Source: Bdellovibrionota bacterium
GTDB taxonomy: Bacteria > Bdellovibrionota_C > UBA2361 > JBGSMV01
NCBI GenBank assembly: GCA_044356455.1
Contig: JBIKWF010000009.1
Location: 1-64,000, forward strand
Direction: 5' to 3'
Length of the DNA: 64,000 nt
Position 1 is the first letter of the stretch, and each line of letters begins with the position of its first letter. A program made the position numbers and the translations under genes. The notes beneath the pieces were generated by a model that was not told the DNA's origin, did no database searches, and was given only the letters and a program-made list of their open reading frames with translations. Shown one piece after another: positions 27,665 to 36,728 of this stretch.

Positions 27665-29116
27665 ATGAGAGCTTCTCGTTTTGCCCGAACTTTCCTCTCT
27701 TTGCTCATTGCTTCATTCGGCGCCGTGTCATCAGCGAATGCAGGACCTGGCCCCTTGCGCCCTTTAGGGCACTCTCTCACACGCGTTAATACGCCCGCGT
27801 TTTCCCCCGAAGGACTTCCGGCTGGATTAACCCAGAAGCTCACGGTAGCAGCAGCGAAGAAGAATCCCACTCTTTCTCCTCGCAAGCTTTCCGCCCGGAT
27901 ACGTCAGGCCAAGGTTCTTGCAGACGTAAAAGGGGAAGATCTTCCTATTGATCCACCATTGCAACTTCTTACATGCCCGAGCGAAGCAGAGGTGAAGGTT
28001 CTCGCGAATGAGATAGCCTATGGAGCGGGAGGACCGCAGGTTCCTACGCGTTTAAGTTACGAGCTTAATGGTGTCACCACGCTAATGTTTGGTGGGGCGA
28101 ATGTAGTGCCGGGTAACCAGCAAACGATTGCTCTTCAAGCTGGGGAAGAGCTTAGATTCTGGGGGCATAGCGCATACCCTAACTTTGACGATCCTTATCC
28201 TTGGGTTAATTACTTGGTTCCTAGCGACGATGCGGTAAACGCGGCCATTCTTATTAACGGTGATAATTTTCTAAGCATGGCGCTTGCGAAGGGCATGCAG
28301 AGCCCCTTTGGCATGCAGCAGAGCATTGAAACCATACTGGCTAACAACAATCTTGCCGGGGCGATCGATTGGCAGACGGGGCTTGTAACGTTGGAAGAGA
28401 ACGAGATGATCGTTCTTTTCGAGCTAGGGGCGAGTTCTCCATCGAGCGCGGCATTTGATTTCAATGACCTCGTCATTTTCGTCAGGACGCCCTGTCCGGT
28501 GCAGCAGCCATATGATTTGAGGAATAATTTACCGGGGGTGCAGCCGGCGAATATGAGGGTTAATTCGATGGAAAGCACGGTAACTGCCCTCGACTCGAAT
28601 GCTGCAATTAATTTTGTCGGTGATGGTCGAGTCGTTAATTTCGTTGAAGTATATTTCGTTGCTCAAAACGGGGCTGGTACGCCAAATGTTTGGAACCCTA
28701 GTCTTATGGATTTTAAGCTCACTGGCCGATATTCCGGCACAGAAACTTACATAACAAGCCCTTTAAACTCGACGGCTCCGGGGGACTGGACTGCTGTCTA
28801 TGATACTCCGGCAAACTCTGATTGGCTCACGCCTATATACGCAAGCAGCGGCTACAACGTGTACAAAGCACAATTCTTCGTTCCTGACATGTTAACGATC
28901 GCTGGCCAGAGCCATACAATCACGTGGAGTGGCCTCGGCCCCGTTAGTGGTTCAGGCTTTTTGCTCATGCTCTTCTCTAACAATGGCGCGGGTTCTTTTG
29001 GCGCGTCGAATGATTGGCGCTGGCTTAATGGCGCGGGAGCTCCATCGTCATTGACGGCAGCTGGAGCTCCATTTCCAACTGTTGCGGCACGTGTCGGTTT
29101 TATTCCTCCGGGATAG
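27665..29116 (+). CDS. Secreted beta-rich protein of unknown function
   Basis: Signal peptide ..VSSANA; GGAGG RBS; FDFNDLVIFV motif; 483 aa from ATG 27665. Confidence 0.75.
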   Translation: MRASRFARTFLSLLIASFGAVSSANAGPGPLRPLGHSLTRVNTPAFSPEGLPAGLTQKLTVAAAKKNPTLSPRKLSARIRQAKVLADVKGEDLPIDPPLQLLTCPSEAEVKVLANEIAYGAGGPQVPTRLSYELNGVTTLMFGGANVVPGNQQTIALQAGEELRFWGHSAYPNFDDPYPWVNYLVPSDDAVNAAILINGDNFLSMALAKGMQSPFGMQQSIETILANNNLAGAIDWQTGLVTLEENEMIVLFELGASSPSSAAFDFNDLVIFVRTPCPVQQPYDLRNNLPGVQPANMRVNSMESTVTALDSNAAINFVGDGRVVNFVEVYFVAQNGAGTPNVWNPSLMDFKLTGRYSGTETYITSPLNSTAPGDWTAVYDTPANSDWLTPIYASSGYNVYKAQFFVPDMLTIAGQSHTITWSGLGPVSGSGFLLMLFSNNGAGSFGASNDWRWLNGAGAPSSLTAAGAPFPTVAARVGFIPPG

Positions 29117-29146
29117 AGCATCCGCTTGTATGGAGTCGTTTGAATT

Positions 29147-29470
29147 TTATGGCGTTGCGGTCATAGTATTCTCAACGCAGGAGGTGGTTGGGCTTCCCCA
29201 ACCATCTGGCGGTTGGGTGAAGGTGCAGCAATTCATCTCAGCACTCCACTGAGTTGGTAGGAGTTCTTGGATCTGATCGGCTGGGCGTCCCGGGTCAAGG
29301 GTCTGAACAATAGCAATCGGCTTACAAGCCGCATCCTGTACCGTATGCCCAAAGCTAGCGACGCCCGCTACCGCTCCAAGCGCGACTACCGCAAGAAGCA
29401 CAATAGCCTCGAGCATGCTGGCGCCAGAAATGGAGCTTCGGTGCCTGCTATTTGAGCTTAGGTTTACCAT
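29147..29470 (-). CDS. Flp/Tad-type pilin-like protein with Cys-containing C-terminal domain
   Basis: Class III signal SG|ASMLE followed by hydrophobic helix AIVLLAVVALGAVAGVASFG. Confidence 0.7.
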   Translation of the reverse strand: MVNLSSNSRHRSSISGASMLEAIVLLAVVALGAVAGVASFGHTVQDAACKPIAIVQTLDPGRPADQIQELLPTQWSAEMNCCTFTQPPDGWGSPTTSCVENTMTATP

Positions 29471-29487
29471 AGTAGCCTTCGTCTAGA

Positions 29488-29514
29488 AGGTCGGCACCTC
29501 TGCTGGAAACTTAA
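29488..29514 (-). promoter_or_regulatory. Candidate sigma28-like promoter of the pilin-like gene
   Basis: TTAAGTTT-N11-GCCGACCT versus consensus TAAAGTTT-N11-GCCGATAA. Confidence 0.4.
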
Positions 29515-29695
29515 TTGTTTGGAGTGTCTGCGAGTGTATTTGACAGAGTCCACTACGAATTGCTCGTAGGTGCTCATCACAGATGCGTAGGACCGAGAGA
29601 ACTTCTGAGAGCCCGATGTCATTATCTCTGTTTGTCTAAACCACGCTTGTGCTACCCCTAGCGCTGCTTCTAAGTTTGGCTTGATGGATTGCTAC

Positions 29696-30487
29696 ATGGC
29701 TCGCCTCTTTTATTTGAAATCATTGATTCAAAGATTTCAGGCCTTCTTCGTGCTCGCAATTGGGCTTACTCTTTTTTCCTGTGATTCAGCGAAGAGCGGA
29801 GCGGGGAGTAGGCTTGATGAGTCCCTTGATAAGATTCACTCTTTGACAAGCGATCTTTATCTTGGCAATGGGCTCGTCATTACGAGCAATGACATTTACT
29901 CAACAGAATTTACTTCAGGCGCTAGGTCTCGTGGCCTAGCGGTGGTACGCAGGACTGAGCTCCCGGCGATTCCTGGCCTTAATGAGGCCCCACGTACTTT
30001 TTCCTACACCCCGACACACGTACATGACGATCCGAGAATCCCTATCTCCGCACCAAACTCCCAGTTCTATATTTGGCAGGGACCTGGGGGGCGCATAGAA
30101 GTAAGGATTGGGAGCAACCAAGAGACCCGGCCTCCGGGTCCCATGGTGTATAGACTTCAGTCTGAAATAGAAGGGGCTGCGACCAAAACAGATTTAAGAA
30201 CGGAGGTACTAGTGCCATTAGTAGTGCCTCATTGGTCAATTGCAATAGATGCGCTCACGGCTCGGCTTCATCTGATGAGGGAGATAGATCCTAATGCCAT
30301 TTCCGTTCGGGCGGTTCACACGCGAATGGAAGGGGGCAAGGTAGAGACTGTGGTTGATGGGAATGCAGCCGCGAAGATTGAACTTGAGGAGGGTGGGGGA
30401 CGCCGTCCCGTACTTTTAGTGGTAACTAGAGAACCGGTAGAGGCAGGAGAAGGCCTTTATCTTGTTGCGTCCTGGCCAAGTCCCTAA
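29696..30487 (+). CDS. Hypothetical lipoprotein
   Basis: Hydrophobic stretch ending in lipobox-like LFSC; family not recognised. Confidence 0.6.
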   Translation: MARLFYLKSLIQRFQAFFVLAIGLTLFSCDSAKSGAGSRLDESLDKIHSLTSDLYLGNGLVITSNDIYSTEFTSGARSRGLAVVRRTELPAIPGLNEAPRTFSYTPTHVHDDPRIPISAPNSQFYIWQGPGGRIEVRIGSNQETRPPGPMVYRLQSEIEGAATKTDLRTEVLVPLVVPHWSIAIDALTARLHLMREIDPNAISVRAVHTRMEGGKVETVVDGNAAAKIELEEGGGRRPVLLVVTREPVEAGEGLYLVASWPSP

Positions 30488-30503
30488 ACCATTGAGAGAG
30501 AAC

Positions 30504-30815
30504 GTGCGAAAATCAGGAAGGCTTGGAAAGATTTCTTCGGGATGTGAAGTAACAACCGTTACTCCTTTTGGGGTATGGGTGCTCGCTCACGGTAAGGAGT
30601 ATTTCCTAGATCACGATTCTTATCCGTGGTTTCGCGAGGAAGCTGTCGAGGATGTGCTTTCGGTAGTTTCTCCAGGCCCTGATCATTTGCGTTGGCCCTC
30701 TTTGGACATTGATTTGCATATCGATTCTTTGGAAAACCCCGAGAGATATCCGCTGATAGCCAAACGAAGGGCTAAAAAGAAAATGCTTCCGAAGCGAACG
30801 CGCGTGCCGCATTAA
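30504..30815 (+). CDS. DUF2442 family protein
   Basis: EVTTVTPFGVWVL..KEYFL..YPWF..HLRWPSLDIDLHIDSLENPERYPL; GTG start. Confidence 0.85.
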   Translation: MRKSGRLGKISSGCEVTTVTPFGVWVLAHGKEYFLDHDSYPWFREEAVEDVLSVVSPGPDHLRWPSLDIDLHIDSLENPERYPLIAKRRAKKKMLPKRTRVPH

Positions 30816-30990
30816 GTGGGCCTCGGTTGCGCGGCAGTCAGATTTGGTAGAGCGCCCCCCGCCGCCCCCTGGTACACCCCAACCGCAACGCCCCTGGGGT
30901 GCAACAAAATTCTCCGGCGACGCGTCGCGATTGAGGAACGCGTTCACCGCCTCCTGGAACTTTTACAATCCGATCATATATCGACAAGTC

Positions 30991-31347
30991 CTACCGTAGG
31001 GTCGAAATAGAAATGGGGAACCCACTTAAACGCCCGGTTTTAACTGCCAGATCTTTCAAAAGAGCGATTTCAGATCCCGTGAGGAGAGTTCCGTCACTCC
31101 AGGCTGGATTCATAGGCCAAAGCAGAGTCTGCCTGAGAATGAATCTCTTGCCTCGCTGCCACTCGGCCAGAACATTATTGAGATCGACGTCCGGATTATA
31201 AGTACTGTCCGTGAGACAGTTAAAGGTCCTGCCAGTCGCTAGCTCTGTAAATTCACACTCCCGAGGGTCGGGATTAAAAGCATACCCCTCGCTAGACTGG
31301 AAAAGTGCCATGCTCACTTGAGTCACCGTTTGCTTAATCTCAGTCAC
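30991..31347 (-). CDS. Hypothetical protein, paralog A (immunity-protein-like)
   Basis: Clear similarity to 31493-31825 supports coding; WSDGTLLTGSEI motif. Confidence 0.7.
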   Translation of the reverse strand: MTEIKQTVTQVSMALFQSSEGYAFNPDPRECEFTELATGRTFNCLTDSTYNPDVDLNNVLAEWQRGKRFILRQTLLWPMNPAWSDGTLLTGSEIALLKDLAVKTGRLSGFPISISTLR

Positions 31348-31492
31348 ACAACCTCGCCCCTTCTCAAGAAATAGAAAGAGAATACATGCGTTATATTCTA
31401 AGATTCAGCTTCCTACTGCCTCGGGATCAGGCCACCTAAAGAATTCTCTCCTGTCTCCGTCATGAACAAACGCAACTCGGTTCCATCTTTCT

Positions 31493-31825
31493 CTATTCGC
31501 GGTGATTTTCTATTGCTGAATTTTCAAGTTTGCCAGTCATCACAGCAAACTCCTTGAGAGTCTCTATCTCTTCCTGAGAGAGAGGACTTCCGTCCGACCA
31601 GCAAGGCTCAGTGGGCCAGAGGAGATACAGTTTCTTTAGGCGGACCTCACCTTTAAGCACATCTGCCTCATCATTCACTAGAACATCTGATTTGCAATTA
31701 AAAACTCTCCCCGTTGCTTCCTGTCGGAATACTGAAATCCGAGTGTCCGGGTGGAAGGTGTAGCCTCTATCAGAACGAAATAGGGCAAGTGTGATCTGAG
31801 TTACCTGCTGGGCCTTGAGAATCAT
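31493..31825 (-). CDS. Hypothetical protein, paralog B (immunity-protein-like)
   Basis: VTQITLALFRSDRGYTFHPDTR..ATGRVFNC..LLWP..WSDGSPLSQEEI..TGKL aligns with paralog A. Confidence 0.7.
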   Translation of the reverse strand: MILKAQQVTQITLALFRSDRGYTFHPDTRISVFRQEATGRVFNCKSDVLVNDEADVLKGEVRLKKLYLLWPTEPCWSDGSPLSQEEIETLKEFAVMTGKLENSAIENHRE

Positions 31826-32187
31826 AATCGCTCGCCGCTTCTTATGAATGAGCTGTCAGGTATCGTTAGAGTTTCCCAAACGGATTTATTCCCCGATACC
31901 GCTCGGAACGCTCTACGTGCACACAAGGGAGCAAAAATTTTGGCCTGAGTGTCCCCCCTGGCTTGGAACAAAGCCTTGGTACTCCTTGTAGCCAAGCTGC
32001 CGGATAACTTTGGAGGCAAGCTCGAGGGCTGATATTCGCGGTGAATCAACAATCGAAAATCAATATCGTCAGTGAAGCGTGCTTTCTCTCGGTAAATACT
32101 CGCCGCGACACCTCCGCAGATTGCCCACTGAGAAGGGTACTCCAGGAGTATCTCCGTGGCTCGCTTCAATTCAGAAAAAAGCTTCAC
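31822..32187 (-). pseudogene. Frameshifted, truncated nucleotidyltransferase (AbiEii/MNT-like toxin)
   Basis: WAICGGVAASIY..RFTDDIDF motif; plausible continuation IVDSPRISALELASKVIRQLGYK lies in another frame and stops soon after. Confidence 0.65.
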
Positions 32188-32375
32188 GCTTTAGCATCCT
32201 TTTTCTTTCGGTAGTCTTGCCTGGCGATGAAAATCATCTCGGCAAGATCGTCGATATTTCTTAGCTTCTCCTCGGCGCGGTAGTTTTGGTGGCGCGCTCT
32301 CTCTTTTACAAATTCTAGGTACTTTTCGTCAGCCTTGGGCGGGGAACAGGGAGTGGTTTCTTTTTCTTGACTCAT
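32184..32375 (-). CDS. Small charged protein, probable partner of the nucleotidyltransferase
   Basis: 63 aa; overlaps start of the next gene; EEKLRNIDDLAEMI helix. Confidence 0.5.
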   Translation of the reverse strand: MSQEKETTPCSPPKADEKYLEFVKERARHQNYRAEEKLRNIDDLAEMIFIARQDYRKKKDAKA

Positions 32376-32496
32376 ACTGGCGCAGCCGCAGGCTGACTTG
32401 GAAAAAACAGGGTGACTAGGAGAAGGGGGATGCGGCTCATCACAAGATTAAGCCTGAATTCGGGGGGCGGTCAAATGAGGTTATTCTACGATTATT

Positions 32497-32709
32497 CGGC
32501 GCGCCTTACCTGGGGTGCGGTATCTTGGTAGGGCGCCGCGTCCCCGCGGTGCCGCAAGATCTCTCGGGCTGGCACGTGGCATGTATTTGTCCACGTAGCT
32601 GATTGGGAAATGGCAACCGTTCATGGATGCCCCGGGGCATTTTATTCGGCACGCCGGGGCGCGCGTCGCGCCGTCGCCTATTGGCAGAGGCGGAACGGCG
32701 CGCCCTACC
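32497..32709. repeat. Cluster of GTAG-type REP-like palindromes (inverted pair plus a half copy)
   Basis: CGGCGCGCCTTACC 32497; GGTAGGGCGCCGCGTCCCCGCGGTGCCG 32527; CGGCACGCCGGGG..CGGCGCGCCCTACC 32647-32709. Confidence 0.7.
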
Positions 32710-32803
32710 TGATTGGCTTTCCCTCGCTTAAGGCTAGATCCCTCTCGAAAATCTGGTTAGTCTAGCAACGCTTCGACGGCACTACCTTTTTTGCGAGCCT
32801 CCT

Positions 32804-34099
32804 ATGATTGAGCGATACACGAGACCAGAAATGGCAAAAATCTGGAGCGATGAGCAGCGCCTCGCGCTTTGGCTGGAGGTTGAGGTTCTTGCGCTCGAGG
32901 GGATGGCGCGTGAGGGATTGGTTCCTGATCAGGCCGTTACCGAGGCCAAGAAATGCCAGGGCGTTGACGTGGCGCGCGTGCTTGAGATTGAGCAAGAGGT
33001 AAAACACGACGTCATCGCGTTCCTCACCGCGGTCGCAGAGAAGGTTGGCCCCTCGGCGCGCTTCATGCACCGCGGGATGACATCAAACGACATGCTCGAT
33101 ACGACCTTTGCCGTCCAGCTTCGCCGCAGCGGGAAGTTAATCTTAGAAGGCCTCGATAAGGTGAGAGCAGTGCTTAAACTTCGCGCCAAGGAGTTTGAGG
33201 GTGCGGTGTGCATGGGACGTACACACGGCATGCATGCGGAACCTGTGACTTTTGGTCTCAAGCTCGCGGGATGGTACGCGGAACTTGGGCGCGCAAGGCG
33301 AAGGCTTGAGAGCGCAATCAGCGAAGTCAGCGTCGGGAAACTAAGCGGCGCAGTCGGGACGTACGCTTCTCTTCCTCCGAGCGTTGAAAAACATGTTATG
33401 TCCTCGCTTGGGCTTGAGGCCGAGACGGTTGCTACCCAGGTTGTCGCTCGCGATAGGCACGCCAATTTCTTTGGCGCCCTTGCACTCCTAGGGGCCTCGC
33501 TTGAACGCTTCTGTGTGGAAATTCGGCACCTGCAAAGAACGGAAGTTAACGAAGCAGAGGAGCCCTTTGGCAGTGGACAGAAGGGGTCTTCTGCGATGCC
33601 GCACAAAAAGAATCCGATTCTTTCGGAGAATTTGGTGGGCATGGCGCGCCTTCTTAGGGGCTATGCGGTATCAGCCCTTGAAAACGTCGCTCTTTGGCAT
33701 GAGCGGGATATTAGTCACAGCTCTGTTGAGCGCGTTATTGGACCAGATGCCTGCATTCTTACTGATTTTATGCTGAACCGCTTCCGCTCGATTGTTGAGG
33801 GGCTGGTCGTGCATCCTGAAAGAATGATGCAGAACCTCGAGGCTACCAACGGCATCGCTTTCTCGGGCTCTCTGCTGATTGCCCTTGCAGATGCCGGGGT
33901 AAAGCGCGAAGAGGCTTATCGCTTGGTACAGAGGCACGCACTTGAGGCCGGGAAGGGCGGACCTGCATTAAAAACTCGCGTAGAAGGGGACCCAGAAATT
34001 ACCAAGCTCCTTAGCCCAGACAAGCTGTCGGCCGTATTCGACCTTAAAAAGCACCTTGCGCACGTGGGGATGATTATTGAGCGGGCTTTGCATAGCTAA
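32804..34099 (+). CDS. purB: Adenylosuccinate lyase
   Basis: MIERYTRPEM, HDVIAFL, GRTHGMHAEP, GSSAMPHKKNP, LWHERDISHSSVER. Confidence 0.98.
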   Translation: MIERYTRPEMAKIWSDEQRLALWLEVEVLALEGMAREGLVPDQAVTEAKKCQGVDVARVLEIEQEVKHDVIAFLTAVAEKVGPSARFMHRGMTSNDMLDTTFAVQLRRSGKLILEGLDKVRAVLKLRAKEFEGAVCMGRTHGMHAEPVTFGLKLAGWYAELGRARRRLESAISEVSVGKLSGAVGTYASLPPSVEKHVMSSLGLEAETVATQVVARDRHANFFGALALLGASLERFCVEIRHLQRTEVNEAEEPFGSGQKGSSAMPHKKNPILSENLVGMARLLRGYAVSALENVALWHERDISHSSVERVIGPDACILTDFMLNRFRSIVEGLVVHPERMMQNLEATNGIAFSGSLLIALADAGVKREEAYRLVQRHALEAGKGGPALKTRVEGDPEITKLLSPDKLSAVFDLKKHLAHVGMIIERALHS

Positions 34100-34213
34100 G
34101 GAGCATCTGGGAAAACCTCGATATTTTATTTTTCCTCTCGGTGAGCTCTGTGGTTTTTTAACAATTTAAATCAACCACAGAGACCACTAAGTAGTACTTT
34201 TATTGGAGGCTTC
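34100..34213. mobile_element. Degenerate MITE copy
   Basis: AAAACCTCGATATTTTATTT..CTCTGTGGTTTTTTAACAATTTAAATCAACCACAGAG near-identical to the 46722-46851 core. Confidence 0.75.
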
Positions 34214-34271
34214 ATGGTCGGCTTGCATTTCTGCCCAGTCGATGCTCAGATCCAGGTCCAAGAGGAGCCCT

Positions 34272-34610
34272 ATGAAAGTGCAAGTATTGGTACGCCTTAA
34301 GGCGGGAGTGCTCGATGTGCAAGGTAAAGCAGTTGAGCAGTGTATCCATGAGCTTAGCCTGGCAGATCTTTCTGCTTCGGATGCGGTAGGAGCTCAAGCA
34401 GCAGCACCACAAACTGCCGCTGCTTCGACAGTTGCCGGCAAAGGCGAGATCTTGCCAACCGACCATGTATCCCAGGTTCGCATCGGCAAGTTAATCGAGC
34501 TCCAAGTGAAAACTTCCTCGTTCGAGCAAGCGCGTACCCTCGTGGATGCGCTTTGCAAGAAGCTTCTCGCTAATCCCATCATTGAGAATTACGAGATTCG
34601 CCAAGGGTAG
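34272..34610 (+). CDS. purS: Phosphoribosylformylglycinamidine synthase subunit PurS with Ala-rich insertion
   Basis: VRLKAGVLDVQGKAV..VRIGK..LLANPIIENY. Confidence 0.92.
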   Translation: MKVQVLVRLKAGVLDVQGKAVEQCIHELSLADLSASDAVGAQAAAPQTAAASTVAGKGEILPTDHVSQVRIGKLIELQVKTSSFEQARTLVDALCKKLLANPIIENYEIRQG

Positions 34611-34621
34611 GGCATAGAGTT

Positions 34622-35320
34622 ATGCGTGTCTCTGTCATTGTTTTTCCTGGTTCAAATTGCGATCACGATGTGGCGCACGCTTTTGGCCATGTGTTTAATC
34701 ATACCGTTTCCATGATTTGGCATCGGGATTCTGACTTGAAGAATCCAGATCTTGTGGTTCTTCCCGGTGGGTTCGCTTACGGCGACTATCTGCGAACCGG
34801 AGCACTTGCGAAGGTTTCGCCTGCGATTGCGGAAGTGCGCCGTTTTTCCGCGAGAGGCGGACGGGTGCTCGGCATCTGCAACGGCTTTCAGATTCTCTGC
34901 GAAGTAAATCTGCTCCCTGGAGTTCTTTTGCAGAACGTAGACCGCAGATTCCTCTCTCAGTTTGTGCACCTAAAAATTGAGCGCACCTCCACCTATTTCA
35001 CGGCTGGCATGCAGAAAGGGGCGGTAGTTACCTGCCCCATCGCGCATGGAGAGGGAAATTTCTTTGCGGATGATGAGACCTTAAAGCGCATCGAAGGCGA
35101 GGGCCTTGTCGTGGTGCGCTACTCTGATTCTCAGGGCCGCGTAGATCCTCAGTCTCGCGTATCCAATCCCAACGGGTCAGCTGGTGCTATCGCAGGAATC
35201 TGCAATCAAGCTGGCACCATTGTCGGCCTCATGCCGCACCCAGAGCGTTCGCTTGAGGCGCTTGTTGGGGGATTGGGGGGCGCAAGTTGCAGGGCACTCC
35301 TTGAACATTGCAGCGTTTGA
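34622..35320 (+). CDS. purQ: Phosphoribosylformylglycinamidine synthase subunit PurQ
   Basis: FPGSNCD, PGGFAYGDYLR, GICNGFQIL, IAHGEG, GLMPHPER. Confidence 0.97.
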   Translation: MRVSVIVFPGSNCDHDVAHAFGHVFNHTVSMIWHRDSDLKNPDLVVLPGGFAYGDYLRTGALAKVSPAIAEVRRFSARGGRVLGICNGFQILCEVNLLPGVLLQNVDRRFLSQFVHLKIERTSTYFTAGMQKGAVVTCPIAHGEGNFFADDETLKRIEGEGLVVVRYSDSQGRVDPQSRVSNPNGSAGAIAGICNQAGTIVGLMPHPERSLEALVGGLGGASCRALLEHCSV

Positions 35321-35390
35321 GGCCGCAAGTCCCTGAATATACACGCGGATTGCCTCTTTCCGCGTAAGTTGCTAGTTTCTCACCCAATTT

Positions 35391-35551
35391 CACACCTGTC
35401 CGTGTAAGTCTTGGTGGCATCGAAAGCGCCCGCAGCAAAGTGTTTGTTTGTGGGGACTTTTTTTGTGTGCTGATTCTACCTGCGTCAGAAAGCGTGCGGC
35501 GATTAACTTGCTCGCGCTTTAGGCGTTGGTGGGCGGATAGGGAGGATTAAC
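35391..35551 (+). ncRNA. rpsB 5' leader (t44/S2-leader-like cis-regulatory RNA)
   Basis: CACAC-CTGTCCG pairing with CGGATAGG-GAGGATTAAC just upstream of rpsB, resembling the S2 autoregulatory leader. Confidence 0.55.
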
Positions 35552-35567
35552 TAAGACGGAGAAAAAT

Positions 35568-36728
35568 ATGTCTAATGATACTTTCGGAGCATCTTCCGAA
35601 GCAAAAACCTCGCCTAAAAATGGATCGCATGCTGATTCTGGAGCTCCTGCAAAGAGCTCACGAGTGGTGGCGCCCATGTCACTCAAGAAGCCTCAAACTT
35701 TGATGACGGAGATCAGCTACCCTGTAGATGTCTCCATCAAGAACATGCTTGAGGCCGGTGCACATTTCGGTCACCAGACGCAGCGCTGGAACCCCAAGAT
35801 GCTGCCGAGCATTTATTGCGCGAAAAACGGGATTCACATTATGAATCTCGACGTGACGCTTGCCCGGTGGACGCGCGCGCGTAAGTTCATCGTCGACACG
35901 GTTGGTCGCGGTGGAACGGTTCTTTTCGTAGGAACGAAGCTTCAAGCCCGAGAAATCGTACAGCACGAAGCGAGCCGCGCCGGAGCATTCTATGTGACGA
36001 CGCGCTGGCTTGGTGGAACTTTGAGCAACTTCCAAACGATTAAGAACTCGATTGATCGTATGCGTAAACTTGAGGAGCTCCTTGCTCAAGCTGAGGTGGA
36101 AGGTTCCAAGGTCAAGATCACCAAGAAAGAGAAGCTCGAAATCACGCGCGAAGTAGGCAAGCTCGAGCAAAGTCTTGGCGGTATTCGCCAGATGAAGCGT
36201 ACGCCGGATGTGATCTTTGTTATCGACGTTATCAAGGAAGCGATCGCCGTTGAGGAAGCTCGCCGCCTTCGTATTCCTGTCGTCGCCATGGTTGATACCA
36301 ACGTTAACCCCGACAAGATTGAGTACCCAATCCCTTCCAATGATGATGCGGCTCGCGCAATTCGGCTCTTTACGGCCGCAGTTGCTGACGCCGTCATTGA
36401 AGGAAAGGCGGTATTTGGCGCTCGTCCTGCTCGTGAGAGACAAGAGCTCTCGACGCAGCTCGAAGGACGTGCGGCTGCCCAGCAATCTAACTCTGCCGAG
36501 AATCGTGAGCGAGATAATCAGGGCGGACGTGGCGGTGGCCGAGGTGGACGTGGCAGAGGACGCGGCGGTGATAACCGTGGCGGAGACCATCGTGGTGGTG
36601 GCGACCGCGGCGCAGCGGCTGCGGCACCAGAAGCTGCAGCTTCCAATGCTGCTCCGCAGGCGGGAACCACGGAGTCAACTGATGCTTCAGCAGCAGCGAC
36701 TCCCGTAGTAGAAGGTGGAGCTGCATAA
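35568..36728 (+). CDS. rpsB: 30S ribosomal protein S2 with N- and C-terminal disordered extensions
   Basis: MLEAGAHFGHQTQRWNPKM, RWLGGTLSNF, VDTN, PSNDDA. Confidence 0.98.
   Translation: MSNDTFGASSEAKTSPKNGSHADSGAPAKSSRVVAPMSLKKPQTLMTEISYPVDVSIKNMLEAGAHFGHQTQRWNPKMLPSIYCAKNGIHIMNLDVTLARWTRARKFIVDTVGRGGTVLFVGTKLQAREIVQHEASRAGAFYVTTRWLGGTLSNFQTIKNSIDRMRKLEELLAQAEVEGSKVKITKKEKLEITREVGKLEQSLGGIRQMKRTPDVIFVIDVIKEAIAVEEARRLRIPVVAMVDTNVNPDKIEYPIPSNDDAARAIRLFTAAVADAVIEGKAVFGARPARERQELSTQLEGRAAAQQSNSAENRERDNQGGRGGGRGGRGRGRGGDNRGGDHRGGGDRGAAAAAPEAAASNAAPQAGTTESTDASAAATPVVEGGAA

Noticed and set aside
29470..32400. Integron cassette array
   Set aside because: Mixed orientations, no convincing attC sites seen and no integrase
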